A stretch of 64,000 bases of DNA from Gammaproteobacteria bacterium (GCA_035548835.1 DASZSB010000155.1:20929-84928), one strand, 5' to 3'; shown: positions 39,878 to 50,469, counted from the first letter of the stretch. Translations and numbers: made by a program. The notes: generated by a model from the letters alone, not told the origin.

Positions 39878-40228
39878 ATGAGAACGCTGACGTGCTGCTC
39901 CGTGGCTGCTGTCGCCGGCTGTTTCGCCATCGCCGCGGCAGCCTGCGAGAGTCCGTCCCTCGTTGCGATTCCCGAGGGTAAGACGTCAACGCTCGAGCAG
40001 ATGCTTGCGGCACAGAAGGACGTCAAGGCCTATCAGGCCAAGATGAACGAGTATCTGGCCTGCATCGATGCGGAAGCCGACACGCAGGGCGAGAAGGCTC
40101 CGGCCGAGTACAAGGCTCTGATGGTCAACCGTCACAACGCCGCCGTCGCCGAAATGGAAGGCGTGGCTGCGGCGTTCAACGATCAGATCAAGGCGTACAA
40201 GGCCGCGAATCCGGCGCCCGCCAAGTAA
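39878..40228 (+). CDS. Secreted helical hypothetical protein (116 aa)
   Basis: AGAGG RBS; signal peptide; amphipathic helices with Cys residues. Confidence 0.75.
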   Translation: MRTLTCCSVAAVAGCFAIAAAACESPSLVAIPEGKTSTLEQMLAAQKDVKAYQAKMNEYLACIDAEADTQGEKAPAEYKALMVNRHNAAVAEMEGVAAAFNDQIKAYKAANPAPAK

Positions 40229-40245
40229 CCTGCGGATTCGAGCGC

Positions 40246-40270
40246 GGCGGCGGCGCCAGGCGCCGCCGCC
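40246..40270. terminator. GC-rich inverted repeat between convergent genes
   Basis: GGCGGCGGCGCC-A-GGCGCCGCCGCC; no U-tract. Confidence 0.4.
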
Positions 40271-40273
40271 GGG

Positions 40274-40498
40274 TCATCTGTCCAGCGCCTCGATCTGGCG
40301 CTTCAAATCGTACTTGTCGTCGGTCACGATCCGTTCGAGCACTTTGACGCGCTCTTCGAGCTGATCGAGCCGCTGCTGCCACGCGATCTGGTCGGTATCG
40401 TCCGTGCGGCGCAGCCGCTTGTGCTGCATCCGCAGCGTCACCAGCCTGTAGCCGAAAACGATGACGATGATCGCAATGACGAACTCAAACGGATTCAT
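40274..40498 (-). CDS. Small Psp-associated membrane protein (PspB/PspC-tail-like)
   Basis: One TM then LEERVKVLERIVTD...LKRQIEAL, resembling PspB LETIL and PspC LEKYVTS tails. Confidence 0.75.
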   Translation of the reverse strand: MNPFEFVIAIIVIVFGYRLVTLRMQHKRLRRTDDTDQIAWQQRLDQLEERVKVLERIVTDDKYDLKRQIEALDR

Positions 40499-40543
40499 CG
40501 GCGCCGACCTCCCCGTCCACGCCACGTACGGCATTCTTCCGGA

Positions 40544-40927
40544 TCACTTCAGCTGCTGGAACTCGCGATCCAGCTTGTAACGACTCGACGTGACGTATTT
40601 CTCCAGCCGCTGCAGGCGTACATCGAGATCCCGAAACCGGTATCGCACGCTCGAGAGACTGCTGTGCGGATTCGACCGCAGCTGCGCCTGCACCGGATCG
40701 GCCTCGCGGTCACCATAAGCCCTGGCGGGAAGCAGGAATCCGAGCACGACGTAAGCCACGATCACGAGCGGCGCGGAGAACATGGCGCCGAGCACGACGA
40801 TCACACGCGTGACCGTCACGTCGAAGCCGAAATAGTCCGCAAGACCCGCGCACACGCCGAAAATCACGCCGCGGCGAGGAATCCTGTACAACCGGTTCAC
40901 GCCTGCCGGAGCACCGTCGCCTTTCAT
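40544..40927 (-). CDS. pspC: Phage shock protein C
   Basis: GVIFGVCAGLADYFG; C-terminal RLQRLEKYVTSSRYKL. Confidence 0.93.
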   Translation of the reverse strand: MKGDGAPAGVNRLYRIPRRGVIFGVCAGLADYFGFDVTVTRVIVVLGAMFSAPLVIVAYVVLGFLLPARAYGDREADPVQAQLRSNPHSSLSSVRYRFRDLDVRLQRLEKYVTSSRYKLDREFQQLK

Positions 40928-40976
40928 CGCCGCACTCCACTGGCCTCGACGGGCTGCCCGTTGGGGATAGGAAGGA

Positions 40977-41204
40977 TCATAGCTTCTTTCTCCAGTCGGG
41001 GACCTCGGTGTCGAGAATCGTCTCGAGCGCGTTCACGCGGCTTTCCATCCGCTGACTCTCCTTCCACAGCTCTTCGAGCATCTGGTGCTCGTCGTCCGAG
41101 AGGCCCTTCGTCGCTTTCCACTTGGTCGTGTAGTGCATGATCGCGAAGAGCGGCAGCACGACCGTCATGAAAATGATGCTGAGTACGAACAGTTGCTGGG
41201 ACAT
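40977..41204 (-). CDS. pspB: Phage shock protein B
   Basis: TM, MHYTTKW, RVNALETILDTEVPDWR. Confidence 0.93.
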   Translation of the reverse strand: MSQQLFVLSIIFMTVVLPLFAIMHYTTKWKATKGLSDDEHQMLEELWKESQRMESRVNALETILDTEVPDWRKKL

Positions 41205-41212
41205 GGCCTACG

Positions 41213-41905
41213 TCACGTCGGTTCGTTACCACCACCTTTCTGCCCGGCGCGCCTGGATTTCAGCTCGCGCAACTCTTTCGCAACCTTGTCCTCGTTCTCG
41301 AGCTCTGCGAATTCGTCGTGCAGCCCCTTCTTGGACTTGCTGCCCATGTCGTAAGCCTCGACATGCGCCTCCATGTCATCGACGCGGCGCTCGAACTGGT
41401 CGAACCGGATGAATGCGTCGTCGATTCTGGCGCTGTGCAGCCGCTTGCGCACCTCGAGACGGCGGCTGGCCGTCTGCTGCCTGGCCAGGATCGCCTGCTG
41501 ACGCGTCTTGGCGTCGACGAGCTTTTCCTCCAGGCGGACGATGTCGTCGTTGAGGCGCTCGAGCCCTTCGCCGAGCGCGGCGTGCTGGTTGCGCAGCGTC
41601 TCAGCGGCCGTCACCGCACGGGCCTTCTCCGCCAGCGCCGCCTTGGCCAGGTCCTCGCGTTCCTTGTCGAGCGCGAGCTCCGCCTTGGCCTGCCAGTCGC
41701 GGGCTTCGGCCTCGAGCGCGGCCAGGGAACGCGTGATCTCCTTGCGGTCGGCGATTGCGCGGGCCGCCGTCGAGCGCACCTCGACCAGCGTGTCCTCCAT
41801 CTCCTGGATCATCAGGCGCACCAGCTTTTCAGGGTCCTCGGCCTTGTCGAGGATCGAATTGATGTTGGCGTTTACGATGTCCGTGAATCGCGAAAAGATG
41901 CCCAT
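41213..41905 (-). CDS. pspA: Phage shock protein A
   Basis: MGIFSRFTDIVNANINSILDKAEDPEKLVRLMIQEMEDTLVEVR. Confidence 0.97.
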   Translation of the reverse strand: MGIFSRFTDIVNANINSILDKAEDPEKLVRLMIQEMEDTLVEVRSTAARAIADRKEITRSLAALEAEARDWQAKAELALDKEREDLAKAALAEKARAVTAAETLRNQHAALGEGLERLNDDIVRLEEKLVDAKTRQQAILARQQTASRRLEVRKRLHSARIDDAFIRFDQFERRVDDMEAHVEAYDMGSKSKKGLHDEFAELENEDKVAKELRELKSRRAGQKGGGNEPT

Positions 41906-41941
41906 GGCCACGGATCCTCTGTCTTCGGGTGATCTCGGTTT

Positions 41942-41957
41942 AGCAGGATCCATGCCA
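41942..41957 (-). promoter_or_regulatory. Sigma54 promoter of pspA
   Basis: Minus strand TGGCATGGATCCTGCT, GG-N10-GC; a possible UAS AGCCA/TGGCT at 42067-84. Confidence 0.85.
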
Positions 41958-42085
41958 CACCCGGCGGAGCGATCTAAGCCGCTGAATAGCCTGTCATCCG
42001 CCGACTTGGCCGGACAATACGCGCGATGGGCATTGGGGCGGCGTTCGGCTAAGATTTCGCGGATTCAGCCAATTCTTGGTGGCTC

Positions 42086-43138
42086 TTGACCAGTGCAGCC
42101 CCGACGACGCCCGAGAGCATCGGCCTGATCGGTGAAGCGCCGGCCTTCCTGGCCATGCTCGAGCACGTATCCCGGGCGGCGAAGCTGGCGAAACCCGTGC
42201 TGGTGATCGGCGAGCGCGGCACGGGCAAGGAGCTTATCGCCTCCCGTCTCCATTACCTGTCCGAGCGCTGGGAGCAGCCCCTCGTGAAGGTCAATTGCGC
42301 CGCGCTCACGGAGTCGCTGCTCGAAACTGAGCTGTTCGGGCACCAGGCCGGCGCGTTCACAGGCGCCACGCGCACGCACATCGGCCGCTTCGAGCAGGCC
42401 GACGGCGGCACGCTCGTGCTCGACGAGCTCGGCACGATTCCGCTGCGGATGCAGGAGAAAATCCTGCGCGTCATCGAATACGGCGAGTTCCAGCGCGTCG
42501 GCGGCTCGGAAACACTGCGCACCGACGTCCGCATCGTCGGTGCGACGAACGAACATCTACCGCGTCTGGCCGAGCTCGGGCGGTTCCGGCCCGATCTGCT
42601 CGACCGGCTCGCATTCGACGTGATTCACGTGCCGCCGCTGCGCGCACGCCCCGAGGACGTCGGCACGCTGGCGTACCACTTCGCCGTGAACGTCACGAAG
42701 GAGCTGCGGCGGCCGTTCTTTCCCGGCTTCACGGCCGCGGCGAAGGCGGCGTTGCTCGGCTACGCGTGGCCCGGCAACGTCCGCGAGCTGAAGAACGCGA
42801 TCGAGCGCAGCGTCTATCGGGCCGAGGATCCGGAACAGCCGATCGACACGATTCTGTTCGATCCGTTCGCCTCGCCGTACAGCCCAGCCGCACCCCCGCC
42901 GCCGCCTTCTGCCGCGGCCGCGCCGGTCGCCCAGGTCCCCGCGAGCGAGGACGTGGTGCCGCGCGACTTCCGCACGGCGGTCGCCACGTTCGAGCAGCAG
43001 CTCATCCAGCGTGCGCTGCAGCGCGCGCAGTTCAAGCAAACGCTGGCCGCCAAACTGCTCGGCTTGAGCTACCACCAGCTGCGCAGCCTCCTGCGCAAAT
43101 ACAATCTCGCGAAAGCCGGCAACGACGGCGGCGAGTGA
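42086..43138 (+). CDS. pspF: Phage shock operon activator
   Basis: No N-terminal sensor domain; GERGTGKEL, GAFTGA, LDRLAFDVI, WPGNVRELKN; divergent from pspA. Confidence 0.95.
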   Translation: MTSAAPTTPESIGLIGEAPAFLAMLEHVSRAAKLAKPVLVIGERGTGKELIASRLHYLSERWEQPLVKVNCAALTESLLETELFGHQAGAFTGATRTHIGRFEQADGGTLVLDELGTIPLRMQEKILRVIEYGEFQRVGGSETLRTDVRIVGATNEHLPRLAELGRFRPDLLDRLAFDVIHVPPLRARPEDVGTLAYHFAVNVTKELRRPFFPGFTAAAKAALLGYAWPGNVRELKNAIERSVYRAEDPEQPIDTILFDPFASPYSPAAPPPPPSAAAAPVAQVPASEDVVPRDFRTAVATFEQQLIQRALQRAQFKQTLAAKLLGLSYHQLRSLLRKYNLAKAGNDGGE

Positions 43139-43248
43139 CACACCGGGAGGTGTCCGCGACGCCCCGCGCAGTGCCGGCCGGGCCGCCCCTGCATGCTAAG
43201 ATGCCGGGCTCTGTTTGAGCACATTCCTGTCGAGGCAGACGTCAGATC

Positions 43249-44238
43249 ATGAAGCAGAAGAGCAAGCCGCCCGTGCGAGTCGCCATCACCGGCGCCGCGG
43301 GTCAGATCGGGTATCAATTGGCATTTCGCATCGCATCGGGCCAGCTGTTCGGACCGGATCAACCGGTCGTCCTGCAGCTGCTCGAGATCACGCCGGCGCT
43401 CGGCGCGCTGAACGGCGTCGCCATGGAGCTCGACGACTGCGCCTTCGACACGCTGCACAGCGTCGTAGTGACCGACAAGGCCGAAGTCGCCTTCCGCGAC
43501 GCGAATTACGCCCTGCTCGTCGGCGCGCGCCCGCGCGGCCCCGGCATGGAGCGCAAGGATCTGCTGATCGCCAACGCGCAGATCTTCTCCGCACAGGGCA
43601 AGGCACTCGACACCGTCGCGGACCGCCGCGTGAAGGTGCTGGTGGTCGGCAACCCCGCGAACACGAACGCCCTGATCGCGCGCGAGAACGCCAAGGGCCT
43701 CGACCCCCGCAACTTCACCGCCATGACCCGCCTCGATCACAACCGCGCGAAGGCGCAGCTCGCCGCCAAGGTCGGCGCACACGTCAGCGACGTGCAGCGC
43801 GCGATCATCTGGGGCAACCACTCGGCGACGCAGTTCCCCGACCTCGCCCACGCCACGGTCAATGGCGCAGCGGCGTTCACGCGCGTCTCCCAGGCCTGGT
43901 ACCGCGACGAGTTCATCCCCACGGTCCAGCAGCGCGGCGCCGCGATCATCAAGGCGCGCGGCGCGTCTTCGGCGGCTTCGGCAGCTTCTGCCGCGATCGA
44001 CCACGTCCGCGACTGGGCGCTCGGCACACCCGACGGCGACTGGGTCAGCATGGGTGTGGCCTCGGATGGCAGCTACGGCATTCCGGAAGGCGTCGTGTAC
44101 TCGTATCCGGTCCGCTGCGTGCGCGGCGAGTACCAGATCGTGCAGGGACTGAGCATCGACGACTTCGGGCGCAGCAAGATGGCGGCTACCGACGCCGAGC
44201 TCCGCGAGGAGCGCGCCGGAGTCAAAGACCTGCTGTAA
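43249..44238 (+). CDS. mdh: Malate dehydrogenase (MDH2 type)
   Basis: [42 protein letters not shown]. Confidence 0.96.
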   Translation: MKQKSKPPVRVAITGAAGQIGYQLAFRIASGQLFGPDQPVVLQLLEITPALGALNGVAMELDDCAFDTLHSVVVTDKAEVAFRDANYALLVGARPRGPGMERKDLLIANAQIFSAQGKALDTVADRRVKVLVVGNPANTNALIARENAKGLDPRNFTAMTRLDHNRAKAQLAAKVGAHVSDVQRAIIWGNHSATQFPDLAHATVNGAAAFTRVSQAWYRDEFIPTVQQRGAAIIKARGASSAASAASAAIDHVRDWALGTPDGDWVSMGVASDGSYGIPEGVVYSYPVRCVRGEYQIVQGLSIDDFGRSKMAATDAELREERAGVKDLL

Positions 44239-44288
44239 CCATGCAGCGACGGGTGTGACCGCGAATCCTCCAGGATGAAGGAGTAGCG

Positions 44289-46721
44289 ATGGCGACGTTC
44301 CTCTGGCTGCTCCTGCTCCTGGTCGTGCTTCCGGTCACGCTCGCCTACTGGCGCGCGAACCTGCTCGTGACGACCGGCGCATTCGGCGCCGTCCTGCTCG
44401 TCTACACGTTCCTGGGCCACGGCGGCCCCGCATTGCGAGCGGCGCTCTGGGCACTGTTCGCCGTATTGCTGTTCCTGAACCTGGTGCCGCTGCGCCGCGT
44501 GCTCGTCAGCAAGCCACTGCTCGGACTCTATCGCCGCATGCTGCCCAGCATGTCGAAGACCGAGCAGGACGCGCTCGAGGCCGGTAACGTCTGGTGGGAA
44601 GGCGAACTCTTCGCCGGCCTGCCCGACTGGCGCAAGCTGCACGGGCTGCCGAAACCAGAGCTCACCGCCGAGGAGCAGGCGTTCCTCGACGGCCCAACCG
44701 AAGAGCTCTGCCGCATGCTCGACGACTGGCAGATCACGCACGAGCTCGCCGACATGCCGCCGGACGTGTGGCAGTACATCAAGGCGCAGAAGTTCTTCGC
44801 GATGATCATCCCGAAGGACTACGGGGGCTTGGGCTTCTCGCCGCTCGCGAGCTCGATGGTGCTGGCGAAGATAGCGTCCAGGAACGCCACCGCCGCCTCG
44901 ACGATCGGCGTGCCGAACTCGCTCGGACCCGCCGAGCTGCTGCTGCACTACGGCACCGACGAGCAGAAGCAGCGGTGGCTGCCCGGACTCGCAGCCGGCA
45001 CCGAGATTCCATCGTTCGCGCTGACCTCGCCGCGCGTGGGTTCCGATGCCACGGCGCTCGTCGACAAGGGCGTGGTCTGTCGAGGCACGTTCCAGGGCCG
45101 CGAGGTCATCGGCATCCGCCTGAACTGGGACAAGCGCTACATCACGCTCGCTCCGATCGCAACCGTGCTCGGTCTCGCTTTCAAGCTCTACGATCCCGAC
45201 CACCTGCTCGGTGACGTCGAGGAATACGGCATCACCGCGGCCTTGATTCCTACGAACCTGCCGGGCATCGAGATCGGGCGCCGGCACTTTCCGCTCAATA
45301 TTCCGTTCCAGAACGGCCCCACCCGCGGCCACGACGTGTTCGTGCCGGTCGACGCCATCATCGGCGGGCCGAAGATGGCGGGGCAGGGCTGGCGCATGCT
45401 GGTCGAGCTGCTGGCCGTCGGCCGCAGCATCGTGCTGCCGAGCAACGCGCTCGGCGCGGCCGCCGCGGCCCTGTACGCCTCGGGCGCGTACGCGAAGCTG
45501 CGACGCCAGTTCGGCCTGCCGATCGGCAAATTCCACGGCGTGGGCGAGGCCCTGGCGCGCATGGCCGGCAACGTCTACACGATGACGGCGGCCTCGCGCG
45601 TGACGTGCACGGCGCTCAAGCACGGCGAAAAGCCCGCGGTGCCGTCCGCGATACTGAAGTACCACAACACCGAACTCGGCCGGCAGGTGGCGAACGACGC
45701 CATGGACGTGCACGGCGGCAAGGGCATCATGCTCGGCCCGAAGAACTATCTCGCGCGCGGCTACGAGTCCGTGCCAATCGCGATCACGGTGGAAGGCGCG
45801 AACATCCTGACCCGCAATCTGATCATCTTCGGCCAGGGCGCGATCCGCTGCCACCCATTCGTACGCGCCGAGATGGACGCCGTGCGCAATCCGGACCGTG
45901 CCGCCGGCCTCGCCGCGTTCGACCGGCTGCTGTTCCGGCACGTCGGCTACGCACTGTCGAACGCTGCGCGCTCCTTCGTGCTGGCGCTCACGATGGCGCG
46001 CTTCACGTCGGTGCCGGTGCGCGGCCCGACGCGGCGGTTCTATCAGAAGATCAACCGCTACAGCGCGTCGTTCGCGCTGCTGACGGACGCCGCGATGCTC
46101 ACGCTCGGCGGCGAGCTGAAGCGGCGCGAGCTCCTGTCCGCCCGCTTCGGCGACATCCTGAGCTACATGTATCTGACCTCGATGGTGCTGAAGCACTACC
46201 GCGACAACGGCGAGCCGGCCGACGAGCTGCCGCTCGTCGAGTGGTCGTGCCGCACACTGCTGTACAAGGCGCAGGAGCAGTTCCACGGCCTGCTGCGCAA
46301 CTTTCCTAGCCGCCCGCTCGCGGCCCTGCTGCGCGTGCTGATCTTCCCGCGCGGCCGCACCTACTCGTCCCCGGCCGACGAACTCGGGCAACGTATCGTC
46401 GAACTCGTGATCAATCCAACGGCCACGCGCGAGCGGCTTACGGACGGCATCTACAAGACCGTCGAGCCCGGCAACCCGCTCGGCCTTTTGCAGCAGGTCA
46501 TGGAGCTGGCGGAGCAGGTCAAGCCGCTCGAGCGCAAGATCTTCGATGCGCGCCGCGCGGGCCAGATCAAGGCCGAGGACACGCCCGGTCAGATCGACGA
46601 GGCCGAGCGCAAGGGTGTGCTTACGAAGGCCGAAGCCGACGCCGTGCGGGCGTTCGACCGCCGGGTGCTCGAGCTGACCGGCGTCGACGACTTCGATCCT
46701 CGCGACCTGCGCCGGGCCTGA
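44289..46721 (+). CDS. fadE: Acyl-CoA dehydrogenase
   Basis: N-terminal TMs, MSKTEQDALEAG, VPNSLGPAELL, DVHGGKG, ITVEGANILTR. Confidence 0.95.
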   Translation: MATFLWLLLLLVVLPVTLAYWRANLLVTTGAFGAVLLVYTFLGHGGPALRAALWALFAVLLFLNLVPLRRVLVSKPLLGLYRRMLPSMSKTEQDALEAGNVWWEGELFAGLPDWRKLHGLPKPELTAEEQAFLDGPTEELCRMLDDWQITHELADMPPDVWQYIKAQKFFAMIIPKDYGGLGFSPLASSMVLAKIASRNATAASTIGVPNSLGPAELLLHYGTDEQKQRWLPGLAAGTEIPSFALTSPRVGSDATALVDKGVVCRGTFQGREVIGIRLNWDKRYITLAPIATVLGLAFKLYDPDHLLGDVEEYGITAALIPTNLPGIEIGRRHFPLNIPFQNGPTRGHDVFVPVDAIIGGPKMAGQGWRMLVELLAVGRSIVLPSNALGAAAAALYASGAYAKLRRQFGLPIGKFHGVGEALARMAGNVYTMTAASRVTCTALKHGEKPAVPSAILKYHNTELGRQVANDAMDVHGGKGIMLGPKNYLARGYESVPIAITVEGANILTRNLIIFGQGAIRCHPFVRAEMDAVRNPDRAAGLAAFDRLLFRHVGYALSNAARSFVLALTMARFTSVPVRGPTRRFYQKINRYSASFALLTDAAMLTLGGELKRRELLSARFGDILSYMYLTSMVLKHYRDNGEPADELPLVEWSCRTLLYKAQEQFHGLLRNFPSRPLAALLRVLIFPRGRTYSSPADELGQRIVELVINPTATRERLTDGIYKTVEPGNPLGLLQQVMELAEQVKPLERKIFDARRAGQIKAEDTPGQIDEAERKGVLTKAEADAVRAFDRRVLELTGVDDFDPRDLRRA

Positions 46722-46796
46722 ATCCGGCTGCCGCGTGAGGTGCCGCGGGCTGCGTGCTAGAGTGAGGCGATTCAAACTCGCGAGGAGTCGTCACCC

Positions 46797-47285
46797 ATGC
46801 TGACGCGCAGCGCTTTGGTCCTGGCAATGGCGACGCTTGCTGCCTGCGGTAACCCGGCCCCGCCGCCTCCTGCCACCCCGGCGGCCGCGCCCCCTGCTCA
46901 GCCCGCCGCCGCCCCAACCACATTCACCCGCAAGCCCGCGCCCGCCGGCGCCGAGGCATACATCATCGAGCCCGCCGATGGCGCAACGGTCACGAACCCC
47001 GTGCACGTGGTGTTCGGACTGAAGGGCATCGGCGTGGCGCCGGCCGGCACGGATCGCGCCGACGTCGGCCACCATCACCTGCTGATCGACGTCAGCCTGC
47101 CCGAGAACCTGGCGGCGCCGATCCCGAACGACGATCAGCACAAACACTTCGGCGGCGGTCAAACGGAGACGACGCTGACGCTTTCGCCCGGCAAACACAC
47201 GCTGCAGCTGCTCCTTGGCGACAACCTGCACGTGCCGTTCGACCCACCGATCGCGTCCAAGGTCATCACGATCGAGGTGCAGTAG
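46797..47285 (+). CDS. DUF4399-like lipoprotein
   Basis: LAAC lipobox; GHHHLLID, KHFGGGQTE, GKHTLQLLLGD. Confidence 0.85.
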   Translation: MLTRSALVLAMATLAACGNPAPPPPATPAAAPPAQPAAAPTTFTRKPAPAGAEAYIIEPADGATVTNPVHVVFGLKGIGVAPAGTDRADVGHHHLLIDVSLPENLAAPIPNDDQHKHFGGGQTETTLTLSPGKHTLQLLLGDNLHVPFDPPIASKVITIEVQ

Positions 47286-47340
47286 CGCACTGCCGCGGCG
47301 CTGATCCGCGGCGGCGGCGCGAGGGATCCGGAAACGCAAC

Positions 47341-49035
47341 GTGTACACCGAGTTCTTCGGTCTCAACGAGAAGCCGTTCGCGATCACGCCGGATCCGCGC
47401 TACCTCTACATGAGCGCGCGCCACACGGACGCGCTCGCGCATCTCGTCTACGGCATCTCGGAGAGCGGCGGGTTCATTCAGCTCACGGGCGAGGTCGGCA
47501 CCGGTAAGACCACGCTGATCCGTAGCCTGCTCGAGCGGATGCCGGAAAAGGCCGACATCGCGCTGATCCTGAGCCCGCAGCTCACGACCGTGGAGTTCCT
47601 GCAGACCATCGCCGACGAGCTCGGTTGTCTGCTGCCGCGCGAAGTCACGGTCAAGGCGATCATCGACAACCTGAATTCGCACCTGTTGCGCGTGCACGCC
47701 GCGGGACGCCGCGTGGTCCTGATCGTCGACGAGGCGCAGACGCTATCGCCCGAGCTGCTGGAGCAGGTGCGCCTGCTGACGAACCTCGAGACGGCCAAGC
47801 ACAAGCTGTTGCAGATCATCCTGATCGGCCAACCGGAGCTGCGCGCTCTTCTCGACCGGCCCGACATGCGGCAGATCGCGCAACGCGTGACCGGGCGCTA
47901 TCACCTGGAGCCGCTGGACGCGAACGACACCGCGGCGTACGTGCGCCACCGCATGCGCGTGGCCGGCGCGCAGCGGGACATCTTCACGAATTCGGCGCTG
48001 CGCGCCCTGTACCGTCGCGCACGCGGCATTCCAAGGCTCATCAACGTGATCGCGGATCGCGCGCTGCTCGCCGCGTACACGCAGGATCGCCACACCGTCG
48101 ACGGCCAGCTCGTGGCACTCGCGGCTGCGGAAGTCTTCGGCCGCCGGAGCGTACCGAGCCGCCGATGGTGGTGGGCGGCGGCCGTGGCGGCGGGCATCGC
48201 CCTGTTCGCATTCGCGACGACGAATCTGTGGCGCGACCAACTGGAGCCAGGGCAGGCTCCCGCGGCGGCCGTGGAGACATCACTCCAGGTCGCCGGCGCT
48301 CCCGCGCCGCCGGCCGCGGATGCGGCACCCATCGTGGTCGCCGCCGCCACATCGGCATCGGCGGGCACCCCGGCCGGGCAACTTCCCGCCCAACCGCAAA
48401 GCCGGCCGGCCACTCTGCACGAATTGCTCACGCAGCCTGACTTCGCGCAGACGGCCGACGAAGCCATCGGCACCCTGCTGACGCTCTGGGGGGCCCGGTA
48501 CGACGCCGCACGCCGCGAGCCATGCCAGCAGGCCCAGGAACAAGGGCTGCGTTGCCTCCTGCAGAGCCGCGGCACGCTCGGCGAGCTGAAGCGCGTGAAC
48601 TGGCCAACGATCGTCCAGCTCGTGACTGAGGACGGCGTCCGGCACCCCGTCGTGATCGCGGCGCTGCACCAGGACACCGCGCAAGTCGTCGCTCACGGCA
48701 AAACGTTCGAGCTGCCGCTCGCGGAGATTGGGTTCAGCTGGTACGGCGACCATCTGCTGCTTTGGCGCCCCGGCAATGCCCCGAAAAAGGATCTCGTGCC
48801 GGGCGTCGACGACGTCGGCGTGCTGTGGCTGCGGGGGATGCTCGCCCGCGTGCAAGGCAGCGAGCCGCCCGTCGACGCCTCGACCGTCTACGACGCGGCG
48901 CTCGTGCGCGAAGTCAAGGCGTATCAGCGCGAGCGCCAGCTCACCGTCGACGGCATCGTCGGTGAGCGCACGCAGATCGCCATGCTCGCGGACCTGAAGC
49001 TGCCCGATACGCCCCTGCTGCTCGCGGAGCGCTGA
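47341..49035 (+). CDS. exeA: ExeA/GspA AAA ATPase with peptidoglycan-binding domain
   Basis: PFAITPDPRYLY, GEVGTGKTT, DEAQ, LIGQPEL, GIPRLIN; C-terminal VDGIVGERT. Confidence 0.9.
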   Translation: MYTEFFGLNEKPFAITPDPRYLYMSARHTDALAHLVYGISESGGFIQLTGEVGTGKTTLIRSLLERMPEKADIALILSPQLTTVEFLQTIADELGCLLPREVTVKAIIDNLNSHLLRVHAAGRRVVLIVDEAQTLSPELLEQVRLLTNLETAKHKLLQIILIGQPELRALLDRPDMRQIAQRVTGRYHLEPLDANDTAAYVRHRMRVAGAQRDIFTNSALRALYRRARGIPRLINVIADRALLAAYTQDRHTVDGQLVALAAAEVFGRRSVPSRRWWWAAAVAAGIALFAFATTNLWRDQLEPGQAPAAAVETSLQVAGAPAPPAADAAPIVVAAATSASAGTPAGQLPAQPQSRPATLHELLTQPDFAQTADEAIGTLLTLWGARYDAARREPCQQAQEQGLRCLLQSRGTLGELKRVNWPTIVQLVTEDGVRHPVVIAALHQDTAQVVAHGKTFELPLAEIGFSWYGDHLLLWRPGNAPKKDLVPGVDDVGVLWLRGMLARVQGSEPPVDASTVYDAALVREVKAYQRERQLTVDGIVGERTQIAMLADLKLPDTPLLLAER

Positions 49036-49793
49036 TGTCGTTCATCCTCGACGCTCTTCGCAAATCCGAGCACGAGCGCCAGCGCTCGGCGGCGCCAGGC
49101 CTGTCACATGTGCCGATGGCTACGCCGCGCCGCGAGATTCCCGTGTGGATGTTCGTCGTGATCGGCGTGTTGGCGGCCGCGGTGCTGGTGCTCGGTGGCG
49201 CGTGGTGGCAGGCACAAAGATCGGTCACGGTCGTGCTCCCCTCGTCCGCCGCACTGACTCCATCGGCCGTAACGAGTCCGGCTCCCGCGCCGACACCGCC
49301 GGCCACGGCTACGCCGGCGGTCACGGCGCCCCCCGCGGAGCCCCCGCCCGCGCCTGCCGAGGCACGCGTGGCCGGCGCGAGCGGCGTCTCGGCCACGCCC
49401 GCCCCGACCGAACCGCGGGCGGCCGGGGCCGTCATGCCGCCGCCCGGAGCCCTCACAGACCCGGCAGCCAGCGCCCCGACGGCGGCCGCGCGCCTCCGGG
49501 AACCGGCATCCGACTCGCTCGCCACGGCCGCGGCGGTGCCAAAGGAAGCCCCGCCGAGCGGTCCCACGCTGCCGAGCGCGGCGGCGCTGCTGGCGCAGGG
49601 CATCGACGTTCCGGTGCTGCACCTCGAGCTGCACGGCTACGGCCCCACGCCCGCAGAGCGGTTCGTGTTCATCAACGGCCGCAAGTACAAGGAAGGGGAG
49701 CGGCTCGGCGAAGGCCCGGAAGTAGTCGCAATCGAGCCGAACGGCGTCGTGCTGAGCCAGCAGGGCCACCGGTTCATGCTGGCGCCTGAATAG
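49035..49793 (+). CDS. exeB: ExeB/GspB protein
   Basis: MSFILDALRKSEHER, TM, Pro/Ala linker, LELHGY...RFVFING...EG. Confidence 0.88.
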   Translation: MSFILDALRKSEHERQRSAAPGLSHVPMATPRREIPVWMFVVIGVLAAAVLVLGGAWWQAQRSVTVVLPSSAALTPSAVTSPAPAPTPPATATPAVTAPPAEPPPAPAEARVAGASGVSATPAPTEPRAAGAVMPPPGALTDPAASAPTAAARLREPASDSLATAAAVPKEAPPSGPTLPSAAALLAQGIDVPVLHLELHGYGPTPAERFVFINGRKYKEGERLGEGPEVVAIEPNGVVLSQQGHRFMLAPE

Positions 49794-50468
49794 TCAGGGC
49801 GCCGCGGCCAGCGGCTCGATCAGCGTCTCGTCGTCGTTGCGCGGATCGTTGACCGCGAGCGAGACCTGCCACGATTCGACTCGCGGAGCACGACCGGCGA
49901 TCGCCGCTGCCTCGGTGAGGCTCGTGCGCGGATCGAGCCAGCGCGCGTGATCCTCGCGCGCCACGAGCATCGGCATGCGCTCGTGGATCGGCGCGAGCGC
50001 CGCGTTCGCGTCCGTGGTCACGATCACGCAGGTCTCGAGCGGCTTACCGTCGGGGCTCCGCCAGCGCTCCCACAGGCCCGCAAAGGCGAGCAGACGCTCG
50101 TCGTGGCCGCGCACGAAGAACGGCCGCCGGCGCCCCTGCACGGGCTCGCTCCACTCGTAGAAGCCGCTCGCGACGATCAGGCACCGCCGGCGGGCGAACG
50201 CTTCGCGAAACGCGGGCTTGGTGGTGATGCTGTCGAGGCGGGCGTTGATGAGCCGCTGGCCGATCGAGGCGTCCTTGGCCCAGAACGGCACGAGGCCCCA
50301 CCTCAGCAGATCGAGCCGGCGGACGCCGTCACGCTCGCGCACCACGGCCACGGCCTGGCCCGGCGTGAGATTGAAGCGCGGCGGCAGCGTCTCCGCCACG
50401 CCCGCCGCCAGCGTGAAGTACTCGGCGAGCTGCTCGGACGTTGCGAAGAGCGCGAACCGCCCGCACAC
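49794..50468 (-). CDS. SOS response-associated peptidase (SRAP/YedK family)
   Basis: MCGRF, LINAR, RCLIVASGFYEW, IHERMP. Confidence 0.93.
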   Translation of the reverse strand: MCGRFALFATSEQLAEYFTLAAGVAETLPPRFNLTPGQAVAVVRERDGVRRLDLLRWGLVPFWAKDASIGQRLINARLDSITTKPAFREAFARRRCLIVASGFYEWSEPVQGRRRPFFVRGHDERLLAFAGLWERWRSPDGKPLETCVIVTTDANAALAPIHERMPMLVAREDHARWLDPRTSLTEAAAIAGRAPRVESWQVSLAVNDPRNDDETLIEPLAAAP

Positions 50469-50469
50469 G

